Source of the DNA: Patescibacteria group bacterium
GTDB lineage: Bacteria > Patescibacteriota > Minisyncoccia > Phycocordibacterales > JAKAEA01
Length of the DNA: 64,000 bases
Assembly (NCBI GenBank): GCA_040387855.1
Contig: JAZKCY010000001.1
Location: forward strand, 782,922 to 846,921
Direction of reading: 5' to 3'
Of the stretch, positions 1 through 11,628 are shown piece after piece. The stretch's first letter is position 1. Each line of letters begins with the position of its first letter. The notes beneath the pieces are model-generated. The model searched no databases. It was given only the letters and a program-made list of their open reading frames with translations, and had not been told where the DNA came from. Both the position numbers and the translations under genes were made by a program.

Positions 1-3000
1 CCATATAAAATGTCTGGTTTGCATCTGATGTAATACTAATTGGAGACGCAGCAATATGAGTAGCATTTGATGCACTTCCTGTCACTGTTAGGGATACGCC
101 TGAGACTGTACCAGTTGAAGTAATATTTGAATTAGTAAGACCGAAAGTTATTGTGTCATTGGTAACAATATTTGATACGGTAGCTTTAAGTATAAAATCA
201 TTTACTCCATTAGGTACCGTTGTTGCTGGAAACGTTATTGTTCCAGTAGCTCCTATAATAGAAGTTGTTGGTGAGGTAAAAATCTGAGGATCTCCTAGGA
301 ATCTTCTGTAAATTCTTCCAGAGGTACCGGTACTTATATAAAGAACTCCATTTTTAGAATCTAAAACCATTGAATATGCAGCCTCTTCACCAAACACAGT
401 AACATAAGTCCAATCTCCAGAAGCATCACATCCAGTAGTAATAACACATTTATATACATATGAACCTCCACCTGATGAACCATAATACAGCGTCTTTGTT
501 TCACTATCAAAAAGCAAAGATAAAATAGAAGTGTAAACCGTGTCATTACTTACTGTCCAGTCACCTGATGCATCACAACCTGTCGTTGTATCACAGCGAT
601 AAAGTATTCCATCTGTACCAGAACCTGCATAGAGAACACTACTGATAGAATCAAATACCATTGATCGAATTTGAAGTGCGGACGTATCATAGCTCGTTGT
701 CCAGTCACCTGATGCATCACAACCTGTCGTTGTATCACAGCGGAAAATAACACCCCCACTACCAGAACCCGCATATATAATATTATTGTTGGTATCCATG
801 GTAAAAGCATAGATAGTGGTTGCAGTAGTATCATAACTAGTTGTCCAATCTCCAGATTCATTACATCCAGTGGTTGCATCACAACGGAAAATTATGCCTC
901 CACTTCCTGAACCTGCATATATAATATTATTTACAGAGTCAACCATGAGAGAATCAATAGTAGTTGCGGACGTATCATAGCTCGTTGTCCAATCTCCAGA
1001 TGCATCACACCCTGTCGTTGTATCACAGCGGAAAATAATGCCTCCGCTTCCTGAACCTGCATATATAATATTATTTACAGAATCATATGTCAGAGAATTA
1101 ATAGTTGATTCGGATGTATCATAACTAACAGTCCAATCTCCAGATGCATCACACCCTGTTGAAATCATACAACGATAAATAATGCCATTTGTATCGGTCC
1201 CTGCATAAAGAACTTCGTTTTCGGTATCCTGAACAATTGCGTATATATTTGATTCGGTTCCATCAAATGAAGTTGTAACACTGCCAACACTTGAAACAGC
1301 CCCATCATTATTTTTATCGGCATAAACACTAGCATTGGTAATGTCACCACTCGATATCCCTGTTATAGAAGAAAGATCAAACGTCAATGCCACAGATGAA
1401 CTTTCACCTGCATTGGTGATTTGAAACCCATATAATTCTGTGGTAGTTGACGTGTCCTCACTTTGAAATTTATTAAGAACTTGACCCGCACTATTATTTG
1501 ATAAAGTACTTGATCCTTTAATAGTCACAGTGGCAGTATCAGTTGCATCAACTACCGTATCGGATACGCCATCAACGTATAATTTCAGTGCTCCAGTTCC
1601 TGTTTTTGCGGATCCACTAAACGATGTATATGAAAGTCCAGAAATTGCTATGGTTTCAGCATCAGCAAAATCTGAGGTGACATTTATGACAAGAATTCTA
1701 CCACTGTCTTCATAGCTTACAGTTCCTGAAACTTTAGAAGAACCTGTTCCGCTGATTGATGCTGTTGTATCAGATGTATCCCACAAGTAATTAAATCCAC
1801 TATCATTATCGATTGCAATTCGAATGTCGTTGGCTGCAGTTACATTTGTATTCCCCACTACACTAACCGCTGGAATGGCTGTAGTTCCCTGACCTAATTC
1901 GTATGTTTCATTAATTGCTGATTCAATAGTAATAAGAGAAGAAGCTGCATGTGTTACATTTGTAGCACTTCCTGTTACTGATAACGTCTGGCCAGAAACA
2001 TCTCCCGTTGAATCCATGTTAGTAGTAGAAAGACCAACAGTCATAGTATCACCTGGTCCAATGTTTGATACTGTGCCTTTAAGAATATAATCGTGAGTAC
2101 CAATTGGTAACGATGCACTCGTAAATGTAATTGAGCCGGTAGAACCAGTAACTTCAACAATCCCTGTTTGGGATGTTTCAGGATCACCAGCAAATTTGCG
2201 TAAAATGATTCCTTGATCGTTACCACTTGAATACATGATATTATTATTCACATCAACAACCATAGGGTACGAAAAGTTACTAGTTTCTAGAACTTGATCA
2301 TATACCAAGGTCCATTCTCCCGATGCATCACACGCAGTTGTTAGATCACATTCATAAAGATCAGCATTTTGACCAGTACCTGCATATATTTTGTTTGTAA
2401 CTGTATTTACAGTCACTGAGTACGTATAACCTGCGGCTGTATCAACTGCAATTGACCAATCCCCACTCGCATCACAATTAGTACTTGTATCACAACGATA
2501 AATAATGCCATTTGGATAGCTACCCGCATATAAAACATTATTTCGGGTATCAATACCTATCCCTCTATACCCAGTTTCTGTTGTATCAAGACTTACTGTC
2601 CAGTCTGCAGTATCGTCACAGTTGGTAGATGTTTCGCAACGATATATAATGCCTAAATTTTCAGAACTTACATACATTACCTCATTGGTTGGATCAAATG
2701 TAAGAGAAAACATATGCGTACCAGCAGAATCAAGACTGGTTGTCCAATCACTTTGTTCATTACATCCTGTTGAAGTCGCACATCGCATTACAACCCCATA
2801 GCTATCACCACCTGCATACAAAACATTATTTACTGAATCAAAACCAAGTGTGATTATATAAATAGAACTTGGGTCATCATAACTTGTCGTCCAATCTGAA
2901 CTCTCATTACATGAAGTTGTAGTATCACAACGATAAATAATTCCCGAACTTCCGGTACCTGCGTAAAGAACGCCACTATTAGAATCAAAAAGTATATCCC

Positions 3001-4525
3001 ACACGTCGACACCTGGTGAGTCCAAACTCAAGGTCCAGTCTGATTCGCTATCACACTCGGTAGAAAAATCACAGCGATAAATAATACCGCCCAGCTTACC
3101 ACCTGCATATAAAATATTATTAGTTGTATCTATTTCTAAAGATTGTAAATCAGATAATGGAGTATCATAACTTGTTGTCCATGAACCATCAGGAGCTACT
3201 ATTCCATCTCCGTTTATGTCTAAATGTAATTCTGCATTTGTAATGTCAGAAGTTGTGATTCCTGCAACTGAAGAAAGATCAAATGAAAGACTCGTTGAAG
3301 CACTTTCACCTGTATTGGTTAATGCAAATCTGTACAATTCAGTAGTAGTTGCGGTTTCTTCATTTTGAAATTTATCAGTGACTTGACTTAAGGTGTGATT
3401 GGCAAGAACTGCTGAACCCTTAATAGTCACAGTGGCAGTATCAGTTGCATCAACTACCGTATCGGATACGCCATCAACGTATAATTTCAGTGCTCCAGTT
3501 CCTGTTTTTGCGGATCCACTAAACGATGTATATGAAAGTCCAGAAATTGCTATGGTTTCAGCATCAGCAAAATCTGAGGTGACATTTATGACAAGAATTC
3601 TACCACTGTCTTCATAGCTTACAGTTCCTGAAACTTTAGAAGAACCTGTTCCGCTGATTGATGCTGTTGTATCAGATGTATCCCACAAGTAATTAAATCC
3701 ACTATCATTATCGATTGCAATTCGAATGTCGTTGGCTGCAGTTACATTTGTATTCCCCACTACAGTAATAGCAGGAATAGCCGTAGCTCCTTGGCCGATT
3801 GCATAGGTTTCATTACTTGCTGATGTAAGAGCAAGTGGCGTTTGATTTACAGTGTAATCTACTTCAACAGCAAGATAATCAAGTTCAGCATCACGCAATG
3901 TGTTTGCTACAAGAGTCATCACTCGCACACGAAAATTCGCATTACTTAATTCATCTGCTGTCCATGTACGCCCCCAGGTATCTGAGCTACCTCCGTATAT
4001 GGAAGTAACATCTGCAGTACCAATATCAGCTGAGTTTATACCTGTTGTCCAACTCGTTCCACCATCATGTGAAAGAAATACACAAAAATAATTAGCTCCG
4101 GAGTTACTGTCATAATTTCCGTTTGCAGTAACAGTAATGCCATCAATGGTTGAATTTGGAGTTACTCCCAATGTGAAATCATAGAAGTCATGTTGATCGG
4201 CTCCAACTGTTGTAAGGGCACACTCATCAATAGATGATGAACTGTTGGTATTTGTGCTACTCATGTACGAACCATCATCAGCACTAACAGCTGAAACGGC
4301 TCCCGTTTCAAATCCGTTATTATCTCCAGCATTAGAGGTTACCGCAGCCGCAGATGCGGGAACTTTATTTCCTGTGGTTTCAGCACGTGCAGTGTTTGGA
4401 GTTAAAAGTGGTAGGGTTAATGTGCTTGGCAAGCTTCCGAAAAGTGTTGCAACAATAAGCACAAACGTTAACGCTTTTACTAACCTTATTCTTATTTTTC
4501 TGTACACTTTTGTAAGCAGACTCAT
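1..4525 (-). CDS. Giant secreted/surface repeat protein, partial (C-terminus beyond window start). It has a signal peptide, an N-terminal domain, and two ~640-aa super-repeats that each contain seven 47-aa two-Cys modules (consensus NNIIYAGSGSGGIIFRCDTTTGCDASGDWTTSYDTS), predicted to be tandem 7-bladed beta-propeller-like units.
   Basis: ATG at 4525 is preceded by TATAAT, and the N-terminus MSLLTKVYRKIRIRLVKALTFVLIVATLFG...ARA is signal-peptide-like. The open frame is continuous to position 1 and is absent from the ORF track because no stop falls inside the window. I translated it by hand: 14 modules with the conserved LYAG, G-I-Y/F-R-C and CxxxxxC...SGDWT motifs. The plus-strand ORFs at 1530-1715, 3399-3617 and 4245-4547 are antisense artefacts. 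Confidence 0.8.
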   Translation of the reverse strand, partial: MSLLTKVYRKIRIRLVKALTFVLIVATLFGSLPSTLTLPLLTPNTARAETTGNKVPASAAAVTSNAGDNNGFETGAVSAVSADDGSYMSSTNTNSSSSIDECALTTVGADQHDFYDFTLGVTPNSTIDGITVTANGNYDSNSGANYFCVFLSHDGGTSWTTGINSADIGTADVTSIYGGSSDTWGRTWTADELSNANFRVRVMTLVANTLRDAELDYLAVEVDYTVNQTPLALTSASNETYAIGQGATAIPAITVVGNTNVTAANDIRIAIDNDSGFNYLWDTSDTTASISGTGSSKVSGTVSYEDSGRILVINVTSDFADAETIAISGLSYTSFSGSAKTGTGALKLYVDGVSDTVVDATDTATVTIKGSAVLANHTLSQVTDKFQNEETATTTELYRFALTNTGESASTSLSFDLSSVAGITTSDITNAELHLDINGDGIVAPDGSWTTSYDTPLSDLQSLEIDTTNNILYAGGKLGGIIYRCDFSTECDSESDWTLSLDSPGVDVWDILFDSNSGVLYAGTGSSGIIYRCDTTTSCNESSDWTTSYDDPSSIYIITLGFDSVNNVLYAGGDSYGVVMRCATSTGCNEQSDWTTSLDSAGTHMFSLTFDPTNEVMYVSSENLGIIYRCETSTNCDDTADWTVSLDTTETGYRGIGIDTRNNVLYAGSYPNGIIYRCDTSTNCDASGDWSIAVDTAAGYTYSVTVNTVTNKIYAGTGQNADLYECDLTTACDASGEWTLVYDQVLETSNFSYPMVVDVNNNIMYSSGNDQGIILRKFAGDPETSQTGIVEVTGSTGSITFTSASLPIGTHDYILKGTVSNIGPGDTMTVGLSTTNMDSTGDVSGQTLSVTGSATNVTHAASSLITIESAINETYELGQGTTAIPAVSVVGNTNVTAANDIRIAIDNDSGFNYLWDTSDTTASISGTGSSKVSGTVSYEDSGRILVINVTSDFADAETIAISGLSYTSFSGSAKTGTGALKLYVDGVSDTVVDATDTATVTIKGSSTLSNNSAGQVLNKFQSEDTSTTTELYGFQITNAGESSSVALTFDLSSITGISSGDITNASVYADKNNDGAVSSVGSVTTSFDGTESNIYAIVQDTENEVLYAGTDTNGIIYRCMISTGCDASGDWTVSYDTSESTINSLTYDSVNNIIYAGSGSGGIIFRCDTTTGCDASGDWTTSYDTSATTIDSLMVDSVNNIIYAGSGSGGIIFRCDATTGCNESGDWTTSYDTTATTIYAFTMDTNNNIIYAGSGSGGVIFRCDTTTGCDASGDWTTSYDTSALQIRSMVFDSISSVLYAGSGTDGILYRCDTTTGCDASGDWTVSNDTVYTSILSLLFDSETKTLYYGSSGGGSYVYKCVITTGCDASGDWTYVTVFGEEAAYSMVLDSKNGVLYISTGTSGRIYRRFLGDPQIFTSPTTSIIGATGTITFPATTVPNGVNDFILKATVSNIVTNDTITFGLTNSNITSTGTVSGVSLTVTGSASNATHIAASPISITSDANQTFYM

Positions 4526-4601
4526 TGTTATCCTTATTATAGGGTAAATATCCTGATAAACAAGGAAAGTTTTCAACGGTTGCTCTGCTATACTATATAT
4601 A

Positions 4602-5108
4602 ATGAAATCACAGAGAATTTTAGGTGCCTTAGCAACAACCCTTTATTTCGGTCACTATCTACTTACTGTTACGGATTGGCATTTTATAGATAACGCAAAT
4701 CTTATATTTCATGAAGCAGGACATACTATCTTTTTCTTTTTAGGAGAATTTATACAAGTAGCTATGGGTAGTGGATTTCAAATAGCAGTCCCCTTACTTT
4801 GCGCGGCATATTTTCTTAGCAGAAGAGATTTTTTCTCAGCATCAATCCTAGGCGCATGGGTAGGTCAAAATATCATTAATGTTTCTCTCTATGCAAAAGA
4901 TGCAGTAATAATGCAGCTTCCGCTTTTGGGCGGCGATGCAGCCGGCCATGACTGGAATTATCTTTTATCTGAAACAAATTTATTGCAGCACACTGATGCA
5001 ATTGCATACGGGATGCAAACACTTGGAGCGCTCGTCATTTTATTTTCTTTTGCAGTGATGTGGTATTGTGCCTTCAATCAAAAAGAGCAAACAAACAGTG
5101 CTACATAA
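4602..5108 (+). CDS. Small polytopic membrane protein with an HEAGH (HExxH) motif; function unknown.
   Basis: 168-aa ORF with several hydrophobic segments. The HEAGHTIFFF motif sits in a hydrophobic context. A TACTAT/TATATA -10-like element lies directly upstream of the ATG. It is transcribed divergently from the giant surface gene. Confidence 0.55.
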   Translation: MKSQRILGALATTLYFGHYLLTVTDWHFIDNANLIFHEAGHTIFFFLGEFIQVAMGSGFQIAVPLLCAAYFLSRRDFFSASILGAWVGQNIINVSLYAKDAVIMQLPLLGGDAAGHDWNYLLSETNLLQHTDAIAYGMQTLGALVILFSFAVMWYCAFNQKEQTNSAT

Positions 5109-6180
5109 TACTGTGAAATGGCCACGTCAAGAGTTCTAAAAACTTTTTTCTAAATGATCTCTTGACCCAACGATCATGTGTTACTTCTTCACACATAAGT
5201 AAGTCCTCATGGAAATGTCGTTTGATAGTATGTATAAAAGTTAGATCAGAACTTGAAATATTTATTTCGTGATTAAAATAAAAGCTTAAACTATCTAAAT
5301 TAAAGCTTCCTGCTGTACCCCAAGTGTCATCTACTACTGCAGTCTTTGCATGCATCATCACATCCTTATATCTGTAGATCTTAATTCCTGATTTTAAAGC
5401 CAAGGTAAAATATGATTCACGTGCATGATTTACGAATACGTGATCAGCAATATCTGGAACTATAAGGCGTACATCAACGCCCTTTTTTGCAGCCAAGCGT
5501 AGCACCCGATACAAGCGAATATCTGGAATAAAATACGGAGTGGTTAGATACACGTATTTTTTAGCAGAGCGAATATTAGCAATAAGCGCTTGATAGATAT
5601 ATCGCTGTCTGAAGCGCGGATAATTTACTTGAAGGTTGAATTGCTTAACAAATTGAACTACTTTCTTAAAACGAGCCAAATGCGGTTTATCCACGCTCGA
5701 CCACAATGCTTCAAAGCTCACGGTCATTTCTTCTGCTAGTGGCCCAATGACTCGCATGTGAGTATCACGCCAATCTGCCATATCAGCTTGAATACCCACA
5801 CCTCCAATGTGACCAATTTGATTATCTATTATCAATAACTTCCGATGGTCACGAAAAAAATTTGATGTAAAGTTTGTAATTCGCCAAGGGCTTATAGGAT
5901 TAAAAAACCGAATTCGAATTCCCAAGTGATTAAGCAAATCAGGCACAAGTGAACGATAAAAATTCCAGCTACCCACCGTATCGCACAACATTCGCACTAC
6001 TACACCCTCACGTGATTTCCGTTCTAACACCTCAATAAATCTTCGCCCAATAGAATCAATAGTAAAAATATATTGCTCAAGATCAATAGTTTTTGTTGCC
6101 TTTTCAAGGTCGGCCAGCATCGCCTCCCATGCATCAGACGTTTTTGTATAAAATTGTACGTTTACCTCAGACATTGACAC
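5101..6180 (-). CDS. Phospholipase D superfamily protein (cardiolipin synthase ClsB-like, two HKD motifs).
   Basis: Two HxKxxxxD motifs (HRKLLIIDN and HAKTAVVDD), each followed by G..N, are typical of PLD/Cls enzymes. The true start is probably the ATG at 6174 (MSEVNV) rather than the GTG at 6180. Confidence 0.8.
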   Translation of the reverse strand: MSMSEVNVQFYTKTSDAWEAMLADLEKATKTIDLEQYIFTIDSIGRRFIEVLERKSREGVVVRMLCDTVGSWNFYRSLVPDLLNHLGIRIRFFNPISPWRITNFTSNFFRDHRKLLIIDNQIGHIGGVGIQADMADWRDTHMRVIGPLAEEMTVSFEALWSSVDKPHLARFKKVVQFVKQFNLQVNYPRFRQRYIYQALIANIRSAKKYVYLTTPYFIPDIRLYRVLRLAAKKGVDVRLIVPDIADHVFVNHARESYFTLALKSGIKIYRYKDVMMHAKTAVVDDTWGTAGSFNLDSLSFYFNHEINISSSDLTFIHTIKRHFHEDLLMCEEVTHDRWVKRSFRKKFLELLTWPFHSIM

Positions 6181-6198
6181 TCGTACTATAGCATGGAT

Positions 6199-6444
6199 TT
6201 ATACAGCATCTACAAGTACGACAATTTTGCTTTCAGGTTGTATTTCTAGAAATCCTGAAGAAATCATAAATTCATGCTTTTTATCGTTCTCATCTATAAT
6301 TCTAAGATTACCAGATTCTAATTTTGAAATAAGAGGAATATGCTGAGGCAAAATTGTAATCTCACCGGCACTTGTACGCGCAATGATTTCTTTTACATTT
6401 CCATCAAATAGCGATTTTTCAATTGTAAGAATACTAAGATGCAT
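6199..6444 (-). CDS. atpC: F1 ATP synthase epsilon subunit (short form, N-terminal beta-sandwich only).
   Basis: GEITILPQHIPLIS matches the epsilon GILPGH region. The start is 1 nt after the atpD stop (TAG-T-ATG), and it is the last gene of the atp operon. Confidence 0.85.
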   Translation of the reverse strand: MHLSILTIEKSLFDGNVKEIIARTSAGEITILPQHIPLISKLESGNLRIIDENDKKHEFMISSGFLEIQPESKIVVLVDAV

Positions 6445-6445
6445 A

Positions 6446-7988
<1,543 letters not shown>

Positions 7989-7993
7989 ATATT

Positions 7994-8926
7994 TTATGAT
8001 AAGGCTTCTGCACCAGCTATAATCTCACTAATCTCAGATGTGATTCCCGCTTGACGTGCTTTATTCATTTCTAGCGTAAGGGTATCTTTCAATTCACTTG
8101 CATTATCTGTAGCACTTTTCATTGTTACCATACGAGCTGAATGTTCTGAAGCATTAGATTCAAGCATTATATGATGCAATGCAGTCTTTAAAATATTTTC
8201 TACTAACGGCACAACAATCTTCTCAGGACTTGGTTCAAAAGTATATGTGTAATTATAATGTGATTCTGGCAATGATTTGTCTCTAATATCACTATACTTT
8301 CCATACTCTGGAATAATTTCTTGAATAAACTCTGTAAGTGATTCTTCTGATGCAGGTAACAATTGCTTGTGAACCGTTTTTTGTTTAAGGGTTGTTTTAA
8401 AATGAGTATAGATAATTTCTACAGCTTGCCAGGAGTTTTTATGAAAACCGTTTACTATACTTTGTGCAACTTCTGTAGTCTCTGAAAACTGTGTAAAATC
8501 TCCAAATCCAATAAAGCTTTTTATCGGATGAATATGGCGATGCTCAAAATGATCTCGAGCTTTCTTACCTACTACCACAATATCTACTGGTGTATGCTTT
8601 TCATTATACTTTTGAAGTATATGATCAGCTTTATCGAGAACCGTATCATTAAATCCTCCCACCAAACCTTTATCCGCAGTAATTACAACAAGCAGTACTT
8701 TCTTTATTTCACGAGATTTCAGTAATAAAGGCACATTCTTTTGCGAAGACTTTTTCAAAATATGACCAAGCATTTTGAGTGATGCAAGAGCAAACGGCCG
8801 AGCTGCTAATGCAAAATGCTGACTGCGTCGCATTTTTGTCATTGAAACTACTTCCATTGCCTTTGTGATTTGCGCAATGTTTTTAACAGAGTGTATTCGT
8901 TTTTTTATGTCTCGAAGCGACTGCAT
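7994..8926 (-). CDS. atpG: F1 ATP synthase gamma subunit.
   Basis: N-terminus MQSLRDIKKRIHSVKNIAQITKAMEVVS and C-terminus ARQAGITSEISEIIAGAEAL are canonical gamma signatures. Confidence 0.95.
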   Translation of the reverse strand: MQSLRDIKKRIHSVKNIAQITKAMEVVSMTKMRRSQHFALAARPFALASLKMLGHILKKSSQKNVPLLLKSREIKKVLLVVITADKGLVGGFNDTVLDKADHILQKYNEKHTPVDIVVVGKKARDHFEHRHIHPIKSFIGFGDFTQFSETTEVAQSIVNGFHKNSWQAVEIIYTHFKTTLKQKTVHKQLLPASEESLTEFIQEIIPEYGKYSDIRDKSLPESHYNYTYTFEPSPEKIVVPLVENILKTALHHIMLESNASEHSARMVTMKSATDNASELKDTLTLEMNKARQAGITSEISEIIAGAEALS

Positions 8927-8928
8927 AA

Positions 8929-10458
8929 TTATTGTGGAGTGACTCGATTGAATTCTTCCAAAGCAGCTTTAAGTGTATCAATAGTTTCTTGAGATAACTC
9001 CCCCGTTTTTTCTATTGTTTCAAGAATTCCACGGTGCATCTTATGCAGGTACACAATTAAATCTTTAGCTCGTGCCTGAATGTTTTTTGCTGGAACAGCA
9101 TCGAAATACCCATTTGAAACAGCAAAGATTTCTACAACCTGATAATAAAACGGAAGCGGTTCTAATTCTGGCTGTTTCAAAATTTCACTTACTTTCTTAC
9201 CTTTTTCAAGAATCTTTTTTGTTGATTCGTCGAGGTCTGAAGCAAACTGAGAAAATGCAGCAAGCTCTCGATACTGAGCTAAATCCAATCGCATTTTACC
9301 AGCAATCTTTTTCATTGCTTTTGTTTGTGCAGCTCCTCCTACTCTCGACACAGAAAGTCCAGGGTTAATAGCGGGTCTCGTACCTTTATTAAACAACTCT
9401 GACTCAAGATAAATCTGACCATCAGTAATTGAAATAACATTTGTAGGAATATAGGCAGACACATCACTCAACTGAGTTTCAATAATTGGAAGTGCAGTCA
9501 TTGATCCCCCACCTTTTTCTTTTCGGAGACGAGCAGATCGTTCCAATAATCGTGAATGCAGGTAAAAAATATCTCCAGGAAATGCTTCTCTACCTGGAGG
9601 TCGTCGAAGCAACAATGAAATTTCTCGATAACTCACTGCATGTTTTGAAAGATCATCATAAATAATAACAACATCTTTTCCCTTATGCATAAAATACTCT
9701 CCCATTGCGGTAGCAGCATAGGGTGCAATATATCTCATCGATGCTGATGTCGATGCGGGTGCCGAAACTATAATCGAGTATTCTAATGCACCTGCTTCTT
9801 CAAGCTTAGCAATTAGCTTTGCTACTTTAGATTCTTTTTGACCAATAGCAACATAAATACAAATTGGAGTAGTAAATCGTGTGTCACTTTTTTGATTAAT
9901 AATAGTATCTATAGCTATAGATGTTTTGCCTGTTTGTCTATCACCAATAATAAGCTGACGCTGACCACGTCCAATAGGAATCATTGCATCTACAGCTTTA
10001 ATTCCTGTGTGAATTGGAGTGTTTACTGGTTCTCGATCTGTTACACCTGGAGCAACACGTTCAACAGGATACATGGTTATTTTTTGATGAGTATCAAATA
10101 ACGGGCCTTTCCCATCAAGAGGATTCCCAAGGGCGTCGACAACTCTTCCGATGAGATCTTCTCCTACAGGTACTGATAGTAAATTACCTTTATGAGTTAC
10201 CAAATCACCCTCACGAATAAATTCAGCATTACCCAACACAATTGCTCCAACAGTATCTTCTTCAAGATTAAATGCTACACCATCTACTTTCCCATGAGCA
10301 GTTTCAAATTGAATCATTTCTTGCATTGCAATATCACGCAATCCAGACACTCGAGCAATACCGTCTCCAACTTCAATAACAGTACCTATTTTTTGAGCGC
10401 GTACTTCGAGCTGTGCTCCTTCAATTTCTTTCTTTAAATTTTCTATGATGTCCGACAT
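8929..10458 (-). CDS. atpA: F1 ATP synthase alpha subunit.
   Basis: Walker [19 protein letters not shown] and full-length alpha collinearity. The start overlaps the atpH stop (TAATG). Confidence 0.95.
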   Translation of the reverse strand: MSDIIENLKKEIEGAQLEVRAQKIGTVIEVGDGIARVSGLRDIAMQEMIQFETAHGKVDGVAFNLEEDTVGAIVLGNAEFIREGDLVTHKGNLLSVPVGEDLIGRVVDALGNPLDGKGPLFDTHQKITMYPVERVAPGVTDREPVNTPIHTGIKAVDAMIPIGRGQRQLIIGDRQTGKTSIAIDTIINQKSDTRFTTPICIYVAIGQKESKVAKLIAKLEEAGALEYSIIVSAPASTSASMRYIAPYAATAMGEYFMHKGKDVVIIYDDLSKHAVSYREISLLLRRPPGREAFPGDIFYLHSRLLERSARLRKEKGGGSMTALPIIETQLSDVSAYIPTNVISITDGQIYLESELFNKGTRPAINPGLSVSRVGGAAQTKAMKKIAGKMRLDLAQYRELAAFSQFASDLDESTKKILEKGKKVSEILKQPELEPLPFYYQVVEIFAVSNGYFDAVPAKNIQARAKDLIVYLHKMHRGILETIEKTGELSQETIDTLKAALEEFNRVTPQ

Positions 10459-10835
10459 TATACAAAGAGATTATTTATTCTAGTTTTTGCACTTGCATCG
10501 ATGAGTATCTCATCATCAATATATAGTTTAATTCCGGCTAGTAATTCTGGCATTACTTTTTCTTTCAATCTAATTCCGGTACCTAGAGCATTTTCAATAT
10601 CTTTTCTTATCTCTACACTTATGGGTGATGCTGATTCTACTGTTACCTTCTTTAGTTTTTCATCTTTCAAATATAACTTTTCAAAGCTCGTAAGTATCGC
10701 CGGTAAGAGCTTAGTATCTTTTCGAACTCGCACACTATGCATAAAATTGCTGATTAGATCTGCATGCTCACTCATAGGCTTATCTTTTAAAGCATAGTAC
10801 AAAGCATGTGCATACTGTCGAGATGAATATTTCAT
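10458..10835 (-). CDS. atpH: F1 ATP synthase delta (OSCP) subunit, short form.
   Basis: Lies between atpF and atpA. The C-terminal ...[20 protein letters not shown] resembles the delta C-terminus. At 125 aa it is shorter than typical delta subunits. Confidence 0.7.
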   Translation of the reverse strand: MKYSSRQYAHALYYALKDKPMSEHADLISNFMHSVRVRKDTKLLPAILTSFEKLYLKDEKLKKVTVESASPISVEIRKDIENALGTGIRLKEKVMPELLAGIKLYIDDEILIDASAKTRINNLFV

Positions 10836-11347
10836 GATGATGATGAGATTGCTTTAAGTTCTCGCAAAGCTTCTTGTATGAGAGCTTTATCCCGTTCAGG
10901 TTGATCAAGCTTGCCTATCACTCGTGCCAAACCATTAGCAACAAGAAGTTGTGCAGACCTCTCTACCTCTTCATTAAGCTTCCTGTGCTCTTCTTCAAGT
11001 TTCTTCTGTCCTTGGGCAATAACGTGATCACTTTTCAAGTGTGCTGATTCAACTATTTGTTTTGCTTGGGTAGAAGCTATATTTTCTGCTTCTGAAACAA
11101 TATCAAGTGAAGTTTGTTCTGCCTTCAAAATAATTTGTTTCTCTATATTCTTTGCTTCAACAAGTTTTCTTTGTGATTCTTCACTTGCTTCAATACCTTC
11201 TTTAATTATTCTCTGTCTCTTCTTCAACATGCCTATAAGCGGAGCATATGCAAATTTCTTAAGAAGAATTAACAGTATCGTAAAATTAACTATCTGTGCT
11301 AACAGTAGTTTCCAATCAACTCCAAATTGTGTGAGGAGTTCATGCAT
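10832..11347 (-). CDS. atpF: Fo ATP synthase subunit b.
   Basis: N-terminal TM followed by a long charged coiled-coil (EEHRKLNEEVERSAQLL); located between the c and delta genes. Confidence 0.9.
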   Translation of the reverse strand: MHELLTQFGVDWKLLLAQIVNFTILLILLKKFAYAPLIGMLKKRQRIIKEGIEASEESQRKLVEAKNIEKQIILKAEQTSLDIVSEAENIASTQAKQIVESAHLKSDHVIAQGQKKLEEEHRKLNEEVERSAQLLVANGLARVIGKLDQPERDKALIQEALRELKAISSSS

Positions 11348-11352
11348 TCGTA

Positions 11353-11580
11353 TTAGACGAATTTAACGATAAGAGCAATAACCAATGCGTAAATTGCAAT
11401 AGCTTCGGCAAATGCAATTGAAAGGATCATGGCTGTTTGTACCTTTGGTGCTGCATCTGGATTTCGTCCAATTGCTGACACTCCTTTACTTCCAATCCAT
11501 CCAATAGCTATTGCTGGAGCAAAAGTTCCTCCGATAATAATGGCTGCGACTGCGATATTTTGAATTGATGCTGGATCCAT
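11353..11580 (-). CDS. atpE: Fo ATP synthase subunit c (proteolipid).
   Basis: 75-aa two-helix hairpin with the GRNPD loop and a conserved carboxylate helix (IAFAEAIAIYALV). Confidence 0.95.
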   Translation of the reverse strand: MDPASIQNIAVAAIIIGGTFAPAIAIGWIGSKGVSAIGRNPDAAPKVQTAMILSIAFAEAIAIYALVIALIVKFV

Positions 11581-11628
11581 GTGAACAAATTAACTACCTA
11601 GTAATATATAAATTCATTATACCAGCAC

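Noticed and set aside
361-1350. Minus-strand ORFs 361-546, 550-882 and 1165-1350.
   Set aside because: They are out-of-frame readings of the repeat DNA (AVIQRQVVMHQVTGQ is a frame-shifted version of the RCDTTTGCDASGDW motif). The true frame runs off the window and so was not listed.
1530-4547. Plus-strand ORFs 1530-1715, 3399-3617, 3900-4091 and 4245-4547 inside the giant gene region.
   Set aside because: They are antisense to a continuous, repeat-structured minus-strand frame. The two identical 61/72-aa ORFs simply mirror the 346-bp duplication.
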